Assembly: GCA_964016885.1 (NCBI GenBank)
Contig: OZ024743.1
Coordinates: 358,422,001 to 358,486,000, forward strand
Source of the DNA: Eledone cirrhosa
Taxonomy: Eukaryota
DNA length: 64,000 nt
Direction of reading: 5' to 3'
Below are positions 45,548-59,086 of the stretch, piece after piece. Under the pieces are notes generated by a model, which saw only the letters and a program-made list of their open reading frames with translations, was not told the DNA's origin and ran no database searches. How positions within the stretch are numbered: the first letter of the stretch is position 1; the number at the start of each line of letters is the position of its first letter. The position numbers and the translations under genes were made by a program.

Positions 45548-47288
45548 CTGAGCATAAATAGGCAAAACAAGTAGATGAAGTTAAATTTGCCCTTAACTCT
45601 TTCATGATCATTTCTAATTAATTACCCTCTATTTCAATTAATTACTGAAGAATTTTGATGAACTTACTAAAATCACTTATTATTTCATTACTAAGGTAAT
45701 AACTTAACAGCTTAACATATGGCTCTTATACACTATCATGTTGGAAGATTTTGATTTAAATAGGAACCCTTTAAAATTAGTGGTTTTGTTTTATAAAACC
45801 AGAGCCAGTTTAGGCTGAGTTGGTATCAAAAAGGTTAAACAGTTTTACATCAATTTTTCAGTTAAAAGGATATACAAATGAGAAAATTTGTATGGTTTGA
45901 TAGGAGGCTTGTAAATGTTGTGCTTTTTCACTTCTTAAAGCCAAGGCCTTAACCATTACACCCATTCCCTAGCTAACCCTTTTCACAATCCTTATGATCA
46001 ATTGGTCCAGAGTATAACTGAAGTTTTCATAGTGTTAAGTAGATGAGAGATAAATCAGCTCCTGGATGAGACGCTGGTCAATAACAAATAGCTTTCTCGT
46101 GGAAGGAACTGAAATCAGCTTGACAAAAAAGAAAACATTTGTCAATTCCACAGAACAGTCATGACATCCAGCAATGATAGTGAGTTTTTATAGTGAGTTT
46201 TTGAATACCACCATATGATAGTGAGTTTTTTACATCAGAGGTACCAACAGTGAAGAGCAAGTGTATAAGAAAGTGTGAAAGCACATTTGTGCTAAGAAAA
46301 ACAATGAATCTTTCATTTTATAAATTCCTAGGTATCCAACTTATATTAAATTATTTAGTGTTGGTACCACAAATTATTTATGTTGGTACCACAACATCCA
46401 GTCCGAAACAAATGAGGTTGCGTAGGTGTCACAACAAAAAAACACACAGTCCACGCTGTAATGTGGCCGTGTAGGTAACACGGTAAAAACCTCCCAGTCC
46501 ACACTGTAAACGTGGTTGGTGTTAGGAAGGGCATCCAGTCGTAGAAAACCCGCCAGACAGTCCTATACGAGCAGGACAACCAATCTTGCCTCAAGTGAGA
46601 AAACTCCCGTCCAAACCCATACAAGCGTGGAAGATGGACATTAAACGATGATGATGAGTGTTGGTGCCACAATAAAAAGCACCCAGTACACTCTCTTAAG
46701 TGGTTAGCATTAGGAAGTGTATCCAAATTTAGAAACCATGCCAAAAATGGAACAGTCTGGCATTCTGTTGTCTATTGAGATTCTGATATCTGGTTCAGAG
46801 TTTTAATCCTTTTGTTGAAAAAACAGCCTGTAATTTTCAAATCATTTTTTAAATAATAAGAATTTGAAGGTATTTAGTAATATAAAGTAATATAAAGTAA
46901 TATAACTAACTTCCACATTTTTAAGTTCATATAAAATTATGATGGAAGGACACTACGGCTTAATACGGGATGTTTGTTTACAAACACACCGAGCATTATA
47001 ATAAATGTTCGGTGAATCCATACGTATATATATATATATATATGTGTGCATGTATGGATATATAAATATACTAAGAGTGGGAAATGAAATTTCGTTTCAT
47101 TTTTTCCGTTTATGATGGAAGGTTTTTAGATAAATATAAACATTTGAAAACAAATTGATTTATATCACAGAACTGAGAGTGGTTTCAGGCAGTTTGGTAT
47201 CAAAAGGGTTAAATAACACACACATACACTTTTTAGCAATCACACTAACACTGTGTGGTTCAGAATAATGTTACATATGGACCAATAT

Positions 47289-47506
47289 TGTTTCTTATAT
47301 AGGCACAAGGCCAGCAATTTTGGCAGAGGAGAAAGTCGATTAAATCGACCCTAGTGTGTGACTGGTACTTTACTTTATCGACCCCATAAGGATGAAAGGC
47401 AAAGTTAACCTCGGCAGGATTTGAACTCACATCATAAAGGACCGTAACTCTATGCTGCAAAGCATGGCGTCCAACCTTCTACCGACACTGCCAATCCACT
47501 GCCCTC
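47289..47506 (-). mobile_element. tRNA-derived SINE family 1 with 16-bp TSD (acatatggaccaatat)
   Basis: Full-length copy flanked by a direct repeat. Confidence 0.9.
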
Positions 47507-47779
47507 ACATATGGACCAATATACAATATGTTTATGTATATAAATATACATATAGTTTCATTTTGAGTATTTTAAGCTGTAATCATATCCCAGTTACATC
47601 AGTACCCATGTAAGAACAATCAAAACTATATGTTTAACAGAAATTTTTGGTATGTTGGTATTTGCCATTTTGGCAGATATGTGGTTGGTTGTTGTAGATG
47701 AAGTGGTCGAAGTTGTGTTGGCATTTGTTAAGTTGCTCACGTGACCTAGTCACTTTGGTCACAAACCTCCATTGCTTGC

Positions 47780-48046
47780 AATGTGGAGAAGAGGAAGATA
47801 GTCAAATACCTGGGCCGAACCGACCACTTACTCTTTGCACCGGTCTCTGTCAAGAACTTTCACATCCTGGGTTCCCACACTGTTGATTTCCTCTGTAAAA
47901 TCAGAAAGACAGCAGCTCACTTGAGGAGGGAGGCTTGTGAGATCGGGTGGCTGTTGCAGCTAGTGTCTCTGGCCATTCTCCACAGTAACACTTTTTCTGT
48001 TTTGTCCATGGGGCGCAGCCAAGGCATCGCTCAGACTGGGGTGTAG
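47780..48046 (+). pseudogene. CRE-like RLE C-terminal relic
   Basis: EKRKIVKY..FAPVSV...WLLQLVSLAILHSNTFSVL. Confidence 0.65.
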
Positions 48047-48399
48047 TGAGTACCCTCCCCCCTCTCCCTTTCTTTTGCTGCTTGATTCTTCTCCTTTTCA
48101 TTTTTCTTCTTCCTTTTCTGATCCCTTTAGTAATGTGTTTTGTTTTTATTAAATACTGCTAAATTATTTTTATATAATGTCAATGACCTTTCATGACATT
48201 GTAAGATTTTGTATATTGAATAGATTATAGTAATATTGTTTTGGGTCAAAAGAAAAAATTGTAGTTTGTTGTACAAGTTGCTTGGTGTGCTTGAAAAACG
48301 ACCATGATGAATTGAGTCAGATCAACAAGGAAAATCAAACTGCTAATTTTGATATTTTTGTTTGTGGAATAGTATATAATGATACCATTATTAAGCCAG

Positions 48400-49037
48400 T
48401 GTTCGGAACATAGCTTAACAAAGAGCTCAGCATCTCCATTGCACTCCAAGTGGGAGCCGATGCCTGTTGGGGTCTAAGATGTCACTGTGGTAAGTCCCTC
48501 AACTTCACAGGCCTACATGGTTTGTCCAGCCACCTGAATGCTGGTTGTTTCGCCCACCACACCAAACTAAACCTGATCATTGAATAGGCCCTAGCTCAAG
48601 TAAATATCACCTCAGTTCTGGAGCCAGCTGGATTATCCAGAAGTGATGGGAAGAAACCAGACAGCCATACACTTCGTCCCTAGGTAAGAGGTAAGTGTCC
48701 TACCTAGGACACCACAGTCAGTGACTCTTTTGCTCCCTCCCACATCATGGATGCCACAGTAAATGTTGAGGTTACTGTTTCCACTGCCGAATGGAATAAA
48801 ATCCAGAAATACCAGGATCTATCTAACAATTATTTTTTCTACCCTGTGGCGTACAAGACATTTGGTAGAATTGGGCCACTGACAGTGAAATTCTTAGCTT
48901 GCCTTACTGAGGTGTCAGGTGATACCCGTGAGGGTGCCTGGTTGTTTCAGCACTTTAGCCTCACCATCACCTGTAGTAATGCTGCAAGCATATTGACTTG
49001 CCTCAAAATATTGTTGGCCCTTATGATGTGCGGCTAA
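48400..49037 (+). pseudogene. CRE-like non-LTR retrotransposon 3' relic (Zn knuckle + PD-(D/E)xK endonuclease)
   Basis: CHCG..GLHGLS..HH, LEPAGLSRSDGKKPD, K..KY, FYPVAYKTFG, WLFQHFSLTITCSNAASIL. Confidence 0.8.
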
Positions 49038-49089
49038 TCGTCGCACATGGTGGTGAATTGATGGTTGTTTTTGTTTTTGCCCCCCCCCC

Positions 49090-50512
49090 CCCTCCTGTTT
49101 ATTATTGCCCTTCAGGCTATAACAGAGGAGTTTAAGACCGGTTGCCCATGGGAACTTCTATATGCAGATGATCTAACTCTCATAGCTGAATCTATGGCTG
49201 AACTAGAGAAGAAATTTCAAACATGGAAGTATGGCCTAGAATCAAAAGGCCTTAAAGTTAACTTATCTAAGACTTATCTAAAGTTCTAGTATGTAGAAAG
49301 GAAAATAGGGTACAAGTGCCCTCTTGGAAATGGCCATGCTCAGTGTGTAGGAAAGGAGTAGGTAGAAATTCCATTCTATGCCCCAAATGCAAACTATGGG
49401 TACATAAAAGATGTAGTGGGATCACAGGCAAGTTATCTAAGAACGTAGATTTTATATGTGGCTGATGCTCAAGTGCAATAAATAGCAAGTGCCCACAGGA
49501 TTCTAGCTCCTTCTACTGCCCAGATGGTTCTATATAAATAGTGGACACTTTCCGTTACCTGGGTGGCAAAATCAGCAGTGGTGGAGGGTGCTCTGAAAGT
49601 ACAGTAGCCAGAGTTAGAAAGGAATAGAAAAAGTTCAGAGAGCTTATACTGCAGTTGGCCACAAAAGGTTTCTCTCTAAAAATGAAATGCAGATTGTATG
49701 ATGCTTGTATACGAACAGCAATGTTACATGGCAATGAGACATGAGCATTGTGTGCAGAGGACCTGCGCAGACTGGAAAGGAACGAGCATGCATGCTCCGT
49801 TGGATGTGTAATAGTAATATACACGAACAGCCAAACATAAACGAACAAAGTGAGAAATTAGAAATAAGAGGGATCAGATGCTGTTTACTTGAGAGAACAT
49901 TACGTTGGTATGGTTACGTGATGCGCATGAAAGATGACAGCTGTATAAAAAAGGTGCAGGGCGATTAAAATTGATGGAAGTTACGGAGTTGGTAGACCCA
50001 GAAAAACTGGGACGACATGATAAAATCCGACCTTGCACACTCACACCTCTCTAAGACAATGTCAGTGGACCAAGATCTTTGGTGCCACTCAGTAATACAG
50101 AAGACCCGCCTTCCCTACATACAAAATTAACCTACAGTCAGTAGGCCCCTCCTAACCAAATATACACCCCAACCCACTACCCCTACTCCATCCTCCCACT
50201 CTCACCAACACCACCCTTTCTCTATAAAGTTATGTTGGTACCACAACATCCAGTCCAAACTAAAGCGGTCGTGTAGGTGTCACGACAAAAAAACAGTCCA
50301 CGCTGTAATGTGGTCTTGTAGGTAACACGGTAAAAAGCTCCCAGTCCACACTGTAAATGTGGTTGGTGTTAGGAAGGGCATCCAGCCGTAGAAAACCTGC
50401 CAGATAGCCCTATACGAGCGAGACGCGGTCACTCCATCAATCTTGCTTCAAGTGGGACAATTCCCGTCTAACCCATGCTAACGTGGAAGATAGATGTTAA
50501 ATGATGATGATG
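49090..50512 (+). pseudogene. Degenerate RTE LINE copy (same subfamily as 21345)
   Basis: [27 protein letters not shown]..., stops and frameshifts, 3' UTR and GAT tail. Confidence 0.92.
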
Positions 50513-50525
50513 TTATATGGGTGTA

Positions 50526-50660
50526 TGGCATACGTCAAGACGGGCGGTCTCAAAAGTGAAACTAATTTTTGAAAGTTACGATACACACGCAATTGTATGG
50601 ATTTCTTAATATATATATATATATGTGGGTGTGTATATGTGTGTATATATATGTGTGTGT

Positions 50661-50694
<34 letters not shown>

Positions 50695-50877
50695 TTGTAT
50701 ATATATATGTTTGTGTCATCATTATCGTTTCACGTCTATCTTCCACGCAAGCGTGGGTTTAGACGTATATATATGTTTGTGTGTATATATGTGTTTGTGT
50801 ATATATATGTGTTTGTGTGTATATATATATGTGTGTTTGTGTGTATATATATGTGTGTTTGTGTGTATATATATGTG

Positions 50878-50936
<59 letters not shown>

Positions 50937-50947
50937 ATATATATGTG

Positions 50948-51004
<57 letters not shown>

Positions 51005-51101
51005 ATGTATATATATATTTATGCACACATACACATTTGTATGAATTGTAACTGTCACAAATTAGTTTCACTTTTGAGACCGCCCGTCTTGACGTATGCC
51101 C
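50526..51101. mobile_element. MITE with ~42-bp TIRs and TA flanks (Tc1/mariner-type)
   Basis: ggcatacgtcaagacgggcggtctcaaaagtgaaactaattt ... exact reverse complement ending 51100. Confidence 0.85.
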
Positions 51102-51907
51102 TACATAAAACAACTAAAGGTTACTACGTGATAACCTAATGAGATAATATAAGCAGTGTTAAAATATAGGACATCAAGGTTGGGAAGGCCATCCAGCCAT
51201 ATTAACCATGTCAAATATGGAACATATGAGCAAGACATATTAGTGTATTTACTAAAAAAAAAAAAAACGAGCTAACGAGGTAGCTTCAGCGTGATAGCTC
51301 GACTTGTTAGAAATTGTTACCAAATTTCCCCGCAAACCTTACCTACTGTCATTATAAAAATACAAATGTAAAATACATTGTAAAATGTAGTCCTAGGTGC
51401 ACAGTATTTGATTTTTAAGACGCAATGGACACGACTGTGACACCTTTTATTATAAATCTGTTGGGTGTCATACATACGGTCACTAAACAACAACCCTGTT
51501 AACTTTGCTTTGAATTGATTACATAACAAATAGTAGAGCGCAATGTAAGCAAAAGGTTGTGTATAATTAATGAATCCTTCGTTAAATAAGTCCGCTTGTA
51601 GACCTAGGACAGTGAAAGATACGATCAGACCACTCCTCAATCCCTGATAATTATATATAAGATGAAGAATGAAAATATAAACACGTATAATAAATACAAT
51701 TAACTATTGCTAGGAACGTCACAAATATAACGCACCAAAATATACGATCGGAGCGAGAGAAAGAAAAAAAAAGGGAAACAAAAACGACCATCAATTCACA
51801 CCAAGTGCGATAACCGGCCCCACATCACAAAGGTCAACGGAATATTTTGAGGCAAGCCAATATGTTTATAGGCTGAGCTAACAGAACACTATAAATAAAC
51901 AACTCAC

Positions 51908-52075
51908 CTTGTTTAAAGAATCTCGGATCTGTTTATGGTCTTCTGTATACAGTTCAACGGCAGCCAGAGAAGATTGTCTCCGGTAGTATATTCCACAATT
52001 AAACACCCTACGAACAGCGGAAAATCCCTTCCTTTCACTCGCATATAATACATTTTGAACTAAGTTCAACAACAT
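51908..52075 (-). CDS. Acyl-CoA dehydrogenase (LCAD/AtuD/acdh-6-like), exon 1 of 9; includes likely mitochondrial targeting peptide
   Basis: ATG at 52075. MLLNLVQNVLYASERKGFSAVRRVFNCGIYYRRQSS (Arg/Ser-rich, one acidic residue) then ACAD N-terminal LYTEDHKQIRDSLNK. Donor AAG|gtgagt, phase 0. Confidence 0.88.
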
Positions 52076-52118
52076 CTTGCTTTCTCGCTACTCTCGTTTT
52101 ATTTTGATTCATTCAAAA

Positions 52119-52166
52119 TAAACTTTGATCTGTTTATTACAAAACTTTAATCTGCTTATTACAAAA
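52119..52166 (-). promoter_or_regulatory. Tandem 22-bp duplication with two DR1/HNF4-like nuclear-receptor sites just upstream of the ACAD ATG
   Basis: Minus strand reads AGATTAAAGTTTT and AGATCAAAGTTTA, resembling DR1 AGGTCAAAGGTCA; function is inferred. Confidence 0.3.
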
Positions 52167-52421
52167 GTCAGAACACCGAAACGAAACAATTTCGTTGTTG
52201 AAAAAGATTGATTTTATGTAACTATCAGGTGTTAGATTGATAAGTGTTGATATGTAATCAGACGATTCATTAAATAAATGAAATTAGATAAACTAAATTA
52301 TCTGTAACGTTTGTTTGTTTGTTTGTTTTTAATTTCTTTTAATAAAAATTAAAGAATATTATCAGACAGTGTTTAATATATTAAAAGAAACTATTTATAA
52401 ATAGAATGATATATATATATG

Positions 52422-53540
52422 TACTAGCAGTAAAGCCCGGCGTTGCTCGGGGCTGCTCAGTAGCTGTATTAAAGTTACAATGTTCCTTTCTTGGCTTAAA
52501 AACTGTAGAGTCTACAGTGTAGACTTTCATGTGGTACTTTTGATTAATATTCCCTCAACCAACAGTATGCCTTATGAAGTTAAGAAAACAACCATAACTC
52601 GAATGTTAAAACAAAAGAGGATGCTGGGGATAAAAACTGTACTGGTAATCTATTTTAAAAAATCGAAAATGTAAACACTGCAACACTTGTCTCAGAGAAA
52701 AACATCAGCGTAACCAAACTATCAGTTATTTTGAAACAAAGAAATTGGATGGACAGGAAAAACAAAAAAAAATGCAATTTTATCGCCTATCACCTCTCTG
52801 CACGACTGTCTGTCTGCTACAATTTTATCGCCTATATCACCTCTCTGCACGACTATCTGTCTGCATGCCTCCATCGTCTATCACCCGACTGTCTGCACAA
52901 CTTTATCGCCTATATCACTTCTCTGCACGACTGTCTGTCTGTTCAACTGTATCGCCTATATCACTATCACTACGACTGTCTGTCTGCATGCCTCCATCGT
53001 CTACCAGCCCGACTGATTGTCTGCACAACTTTATCGCCTATATCACCTCTCTACACGACTGTCTGCACAACTTTATCGCCTAAATCACATCTCTGCACAA
53101 CTTTATCGCCTACTAGCAGAGGTACCCGACGTTGCTCGGGTATTAAATAGCAGTTATGTATACCATTTATGTCAATACTTCAGTGCTGCTTCGAAAACTA
53201 TACTTTTACAAAATCATCGGCTTTTTCCAAAAGGTGGTTCCTGCCCCAGGGGTCCCCTACTCAATATGTGCCAATTCTGAGAGTTCACATTCATCTGTAG
53301 AACAAACGTAGCCCATGTGTCAAGTTTTGTGAAAAGCGGTTGCGAACTCCAGAAGTTATGACGTTTTGTTGCATTGCACTGCAGTATTTCAGTCGACCCC
53401 AAGGAAGTGGTTAAAGGGGGTTTTCTGCCGGGAAGCCCTATAATCAATATCTGGAAAAATGAAAGTGCCCATGACTATCCGGAGTACATAAGTAACCTAT
53501 GTCTTAAGTTTGGTGAAAATACTGTAGAAATGCATAAAGT
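52422..53540 (+). mobile_element. Helentron/Helitron-like non-autonomous elements with internal minisatellite
   Basis: Two starts actagcag...cccg(g/a)cgttgctcggg (52423, 53112) bracket a degenerate ~30-45-bp tandem array (tttatcgcctatatcacctctctgcacgactgtctg) at 52775-53112. Confidence 0.5.
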
Positions 53541-53702
53541 TTACACACACGTGCGTGCGCGCGCGTGTGTGTTTGTGTGTGTGAGAGAGAGAGAGGGGGG
53601 GGGGGGGGATTATGCGATCTGTTTCTTAATCGACGATAGTAGAAGAAAGTAAAAGTTATGTGGTTGATACACATTAAACTTTACACACGCACAAACACTC
53701 AC

Positions 53703-54287
53703 TGTGTGCGTGTGTATTTGTATATGTATGTGTATATTCGTCGGTGCATACGTATGTACTGGCCTAAATCTTCACTATTTACTTTTACTATTTTAAGGCA
53801 AAGTTAAAATCCCGTCGAGGTTAACTTTGCCTTTCATCATTACGAGATCGATAAAATAAAGTACCAGTAATGTACTGTGTAATTGCTGGCCTTGTGCCAA
53901 AAGTAGAAACAACTATTTTAATAACCTCTGTCATTTTCGTTTACAATTTTATTTACATCATTCTTAAACTCCGGGGCTGGAAATCATTCGGTTATTTTAA
54001 ATAGAATATTAGTCTAGCGACTCCATTTACACCATAAACTTGGTCTCGTCTTTGCATGAAATTGTTCTTCTCGGTCCACATAACGACGTATTATCCGTTC
54101 ATTACCACGGAACGTCTTCACGAACCAAAATATCGTCTTACTGTTTTCCTTCGGTTGCAACGTTTCTCGAAATATTTAATTCTGCGTTCACAGATTAAAT
54201 TTTTTAGTTTAAGAAGATCCCGTTAATGTTGAAAGCAGCGATTCTTTGCTTAAACTTTCTTTCTCAACCCCTCTCCCTTTTTTCTCA

Positions 54288-54356
<69 letters not shown>

Positions 54357-54456
54357 TCAAACCCCCTCTCTCTCTCTTCCTCTACAGAATGGAGAACAAT
54401 AAAGAACGCGCAGATGTCTCTCTCTCTCTCTCTCTCTGTCTTTATATATATATATA

Positions 54457-54498
<42 letters not shown>

Positions 54499-55336
54499 CC
54501 AGCGTTCGTCGCCATTCTCTCTCTCTGTCTCTCTATCTGATTATCTTGTACCTCTCTCTGTATAACGACCTATCTCACTCTCTCTCTCTCTACATCTCCT
54601 TTTCTCTCTTTAGATGTATATGTATGTGTATGTGTGTGATATATATATAGTGAGAGTTGCAACATGTATGCAGTTTTATAGATTTTTTAGGGTAGTGAGA
54701 ATGAAAATATAAATAGAGCATATAAATAAATTTACAGTAGAATACCATAACAAATATGTTTTAAATATATACATAAATAACATTACAAATGCCTCGGTAA
54801 CACTACAAAAGATGATACAATGAAAGATATATTCCTTCAATGCTACAATATTAAAGAAAATGCAAAGGAAGGGGTGAACAACGGAGCCAACACCAGAGCA
54901 AAAGACAGTAACGTGCTAGGCAACCTCTCTGATTTTGAGGCAAGCCAGCACACTCGCAGCGTTGCCTCGGGTGATGGCGAGGCTGATGCGCTGAAATATT
55001 GTTTTAAAAGACTGTTTAATGGAAATGAAGCAAAATGGAATCTTAATGTTGAAACTTCGAACTCATGAATTTTGCTGGCCCGAAAATTGTTCGCGTATTT
55101 ATGTACGCGTAGTTTGTTCGTAACGTAAATAGATAAACAAATGACGCCATAAAAGGGAAATAACTCGTCTCTCATCTCTATTTATACATTTGAACTGAAA
55201 AATCAATACAGTACAAATTCGATTTTTGTACTTGGCATGGGTCGATTTGAAAAATGTTTTGACCGATGTCTCCGCCGTACCTTCATCTATAAGTGTAGCA
55301 ATTTCACCGAAATTTGAACGTACAGTTTAAGAGGAG
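53703..55336 (+). repeat. ~1.64-kb direct repeat, copy 2
   Basis: Colinear and highly similar to 2250-3884; differs mainly in microsatellite lengths and small indels. Confidence 0.93.
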
Positions 55337-55823
55337 TGTATATACTGATATTGTTGAGATTTGGATGAGAAATGTTTTCGGCACCACATGTTCACCGTCT
55401 CTCGGTGTGTCTTTTATGCATGTATAAATATATATGTTATCTATACGGTGAAATCTTTGAAATAAATATATGTTAAAACGAAAAAGGAGAAAAAGAGATT
55501 AGTGACGGAAATATAAACGTTATGATATAACGATGGAAATATATCTTCAAATGGTCCTTGGCATGGTGTCAAGTCAGAACCGCCTCGAACTGGTTACTTC
55601 TGGCTTGTGCAAGGTGTCTCTATAGCAACCAGCGATTCCCTCGGCCTCAGTGACCAAAGTCAGTGGAGAGGGGAAGGTAATGTTTCTATAGCGACAGTGT
55701 TTCTCTTGGTAGTACCGAAGTGGAGAAAGGAAGGGGAAGGTAATATTTCTGTAGCACCTACATTTGAGTTTTAGGGAAGGACAGACAGACAGACAGACAA
55801 ACAGAGAAATGCCCATATATTTC

Positions 55824-55888
<65 letters not shown>

Positions 55889-56700
55889 CACACACAGAAA
55901 TGTATATATATTTCTGTGTGTGCATATATATATATATATATTACACACACAGAAATGTATATATATTTCTGTGTGTATATATATATTACACACACAGAAA
56001 TGTATATATATTACTGTGTGTATATATATATATTTCTGTGTGTGTATATATATATATATATTACACACACAGAAATGTATATATATTTCTTAGAACAAAA
56101 TTATTATTAATGTTTTGCTGTTCATAACAATTGGAATTAAAAAATTACTTTTGAAATTATTAGTTATTTTACTAATGCTTAGATATGTAAAAATGAAGCA
56201 ATGTTTCTAATAATTGTTTCTACTTTTGGCACAAGGCCAGCAATTACACAGTACATTACTGGTACTTTATTTTATCGACCCCGTGAGGATGAAAGGCAAA
56301 GTTAACCTCGGCGGTATTTGAACTCAGATCGTAAAGGGACGTAACTCCATGCTATGAAGCATGGTGTCCGACTCTCTACAGATTCTGCCAATCCACCGCC
56401 CTAATGTCTGTACGTAATGAGGTAGTGAGAGGGGAGAGAAAGAAAGACAGAGCAGACGTGACGAAGTGACTCTCTTCCTCCTCTTCCTCCATCTCCCCAT
56501 TCGTCACAGCGATAGAGGGGAGGAATGTTAGTGTGTTACAAAGAGAAAGAGTGAGAGTGAGAGAAACAGACAGACTAAAAAAGGGGGATAGCTGGAGAGA
56601 GAGAGAGAGATAGCAACCACGCGCACACGTGTTTCCACTGTCGGACAGACAGACAGAGAAATTGCTGGTTATATATTATAAGGAGATGTGTGTGTATGCG

Positions 56701-56809
56701 TAAACGTAATAACAAAAATAACAAAACAAGCGGCACAGTGCATGGAAGAAATATATTAGTTTAACGCTTGAAATAGCAGGAAGAGAGTCTTAACGTTTCG
56801 GACACTAGT

Positions 56810-56812
<3 letters not shown>
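56701..56812 (-). mobile_element. Second copy of family-B Penelope-like terminal repeat, truncated within the hammerhead by (TA)n
   Basis: Reverse complement is similar to 12691-12795: ggac-tagt-gtcc GAAA cg TT aaga...; the CTGATGA half is replaced by the TA array. Confidence 0.6.
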
Positions 56813-56880
<68 letters not shown>

Positions 56881-56886
<6 letters not shown>

Positions 56887-57440
56887 GGAAAAAATGAAAT
56901 TTCATTTCTCACTCTTAGTACGGCTGATACTTAAATATAAGTATGTATACGTACATACATATATGTATACAGACGTTCAGTAGTATGTATATACATACAT
57001 ACATGCACATATATATATGTATGTGTGTGTACGTATGGGTTTACCGAACATTTATTATAATGCTGGGTTTGTTTCTAAACAAACAGTCCGAATTATTTGC
57101 CGTACATTTTTTCCGTTTATCGTTTTCGGTACGCCCGGCCGACTAACTCACTCGATATGCAAATTAGGCTGCTCAGCCGTTAATATGCATAAGGAAAGTA
57201 TATACTTTCAAACGTTCAATTGACTGACAGGCAGGTATACGGTGCTGATGACAGCTAATAAGCTAGAAGCTAGTTCATCATTCCTTTGTCAATGTTGAAC
57301 AAAATGGCAACGATGGTTGCCGAACACTGTACGGCTAATAATTCGGGCTGTTTGTTTACAAACAAACCGAGCATTATAATAAATGTTCAGTAAACCCATA
57401 CGTACATATATATATGTGTGTGCATGTATGTATGTATATA
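56881..57440. mobile_element. MITE-like element with long inverted arms; fragment also at ~46955-47112
   Basis: tacgtatgggtttaccgaacatttattataatgct..aaacaaacag mirrored at ~57328-57410. Confidence 0.65.
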
Positions 57441-57494
57441 CATGCTACTGTACGTCTGTATACATATATGTATGTACGTATACATACTTATATT

Positions 57495-57531
<37 letters not shown>

Positions 57532-57997
57532 ACACACACATACATATATCCGCATTTCATCAGTCCAACATCTTTATGTTTATATATAGCAGATAAATAT
57601 AGTTTGGTAAATATTTGACTGCTACTTCTTACATATCATACTAACTTTATGTAAACAATATTAAATACATCTATTTCATACTTTTAAAAACATCGTAGTT
57701 CAGGAAATATCGATAGAATGAAAATAGAGTAAATCCGTTGAAAAGAATCAAACGGAATTTGCCCGAAACTGGAATATTATGTTTCTCTTTTACAAACACA
57801 AAATTTAAGAAAAATTAGTATTTGGTATTTAATACTGTAATCTTAAAATCGAACCTTGTATCGAAAGTAAACACATAAAGCACGACATAGCTATGTTGAA
57901 ATAAGATAGAAGATAAATAGGAAAGAGTGATGAGAAGGAACGGTGAAAATGAGAAAAGAAAATGGGGAGAAAAACATACACGTGCGTTTACAAATAA

Positions 57998-58121
<124 letters not shown>

Positions 58122-58141
58122 ATATACGTTATTCTTAACCT

Positions 58142-58198
<57 letters not shown>

Positions 58199-58203
<5 letters not shown>

Positions 58204-58833
58204 AGGTTAAGAATAACGTTCGCGAAAATGAAAGTCAATTTTCTGACAAGTGAATGTGTTTTGTTTTGTTTTTTACAATGAAAGTTACGATACACTGTTT
58301 GTTTATTTACAACAGGTCTCTATAGTGATATGGTGTTAATTAGTATTGCGTGTGTGATTATTTTCTCTTATATATATATGTGTGGGTGTGTATATATATG
58401 TGTGTCTGTATGTATATATATATGTGTGTTTGTATATATATATGTGTTTGTGTCATCATCATCGTTTAGATGTTTTTGTAATATCTTGCCAAAGTTGGCA
58501 CCAACTATAAAGAAATTAAGGCCGGGTCATAAGAAGGACAGAGAATGATAAGGGATTTGGGTAAAAACATCTAAACGATGATGATGACACAAACACATAT
58601 ATATATACAAACACACATATATATATACATACAGACACACATATATATACACACATATATATATAAGAGAAAATAATCACACACGCAATACTAATTAACA
58701 CCATATCACTATAGAGACCTGTTGTAAATAAACAAACAGTGTATCCTAACTTTCACTATAAAAAAAAAACACACACACATTCACTTGTCAGAAAATTGAC
58801 TTTCATTTTCGCGAACGTTATTCTTAACCTATG

Positions 58834-58836
<3 letters not shown>
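58199..58836. mobile_element. Fold-back MITE with ~270-bp inverted arms inside (TA)n; extra terminal fragment at 58126-58146
   Basis: ggcataggttaagaataacgttcgcg... mirrored at 58565-58836. Confidence 0.85.
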
Positions 58837-58929
<93 letters not shown>

Positions 58930-59019
58930 TACTCTTTTCCTATTACCCACTCTACTACCCTAAGTATCGAGTACTCTGGTGCGTTATGGTCCACCTGGTT
59001 TCTTACCACACTTTCTTTG

Positions 59020-59086
<67 letters not shown>

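Noticed and set aside
52775-53112. Repeat-spacer-like pattern suggestive of CRISPR
   Set aside because: Degenerate minisatellite with no unique spacers, eukaryotic context, no cas genes.
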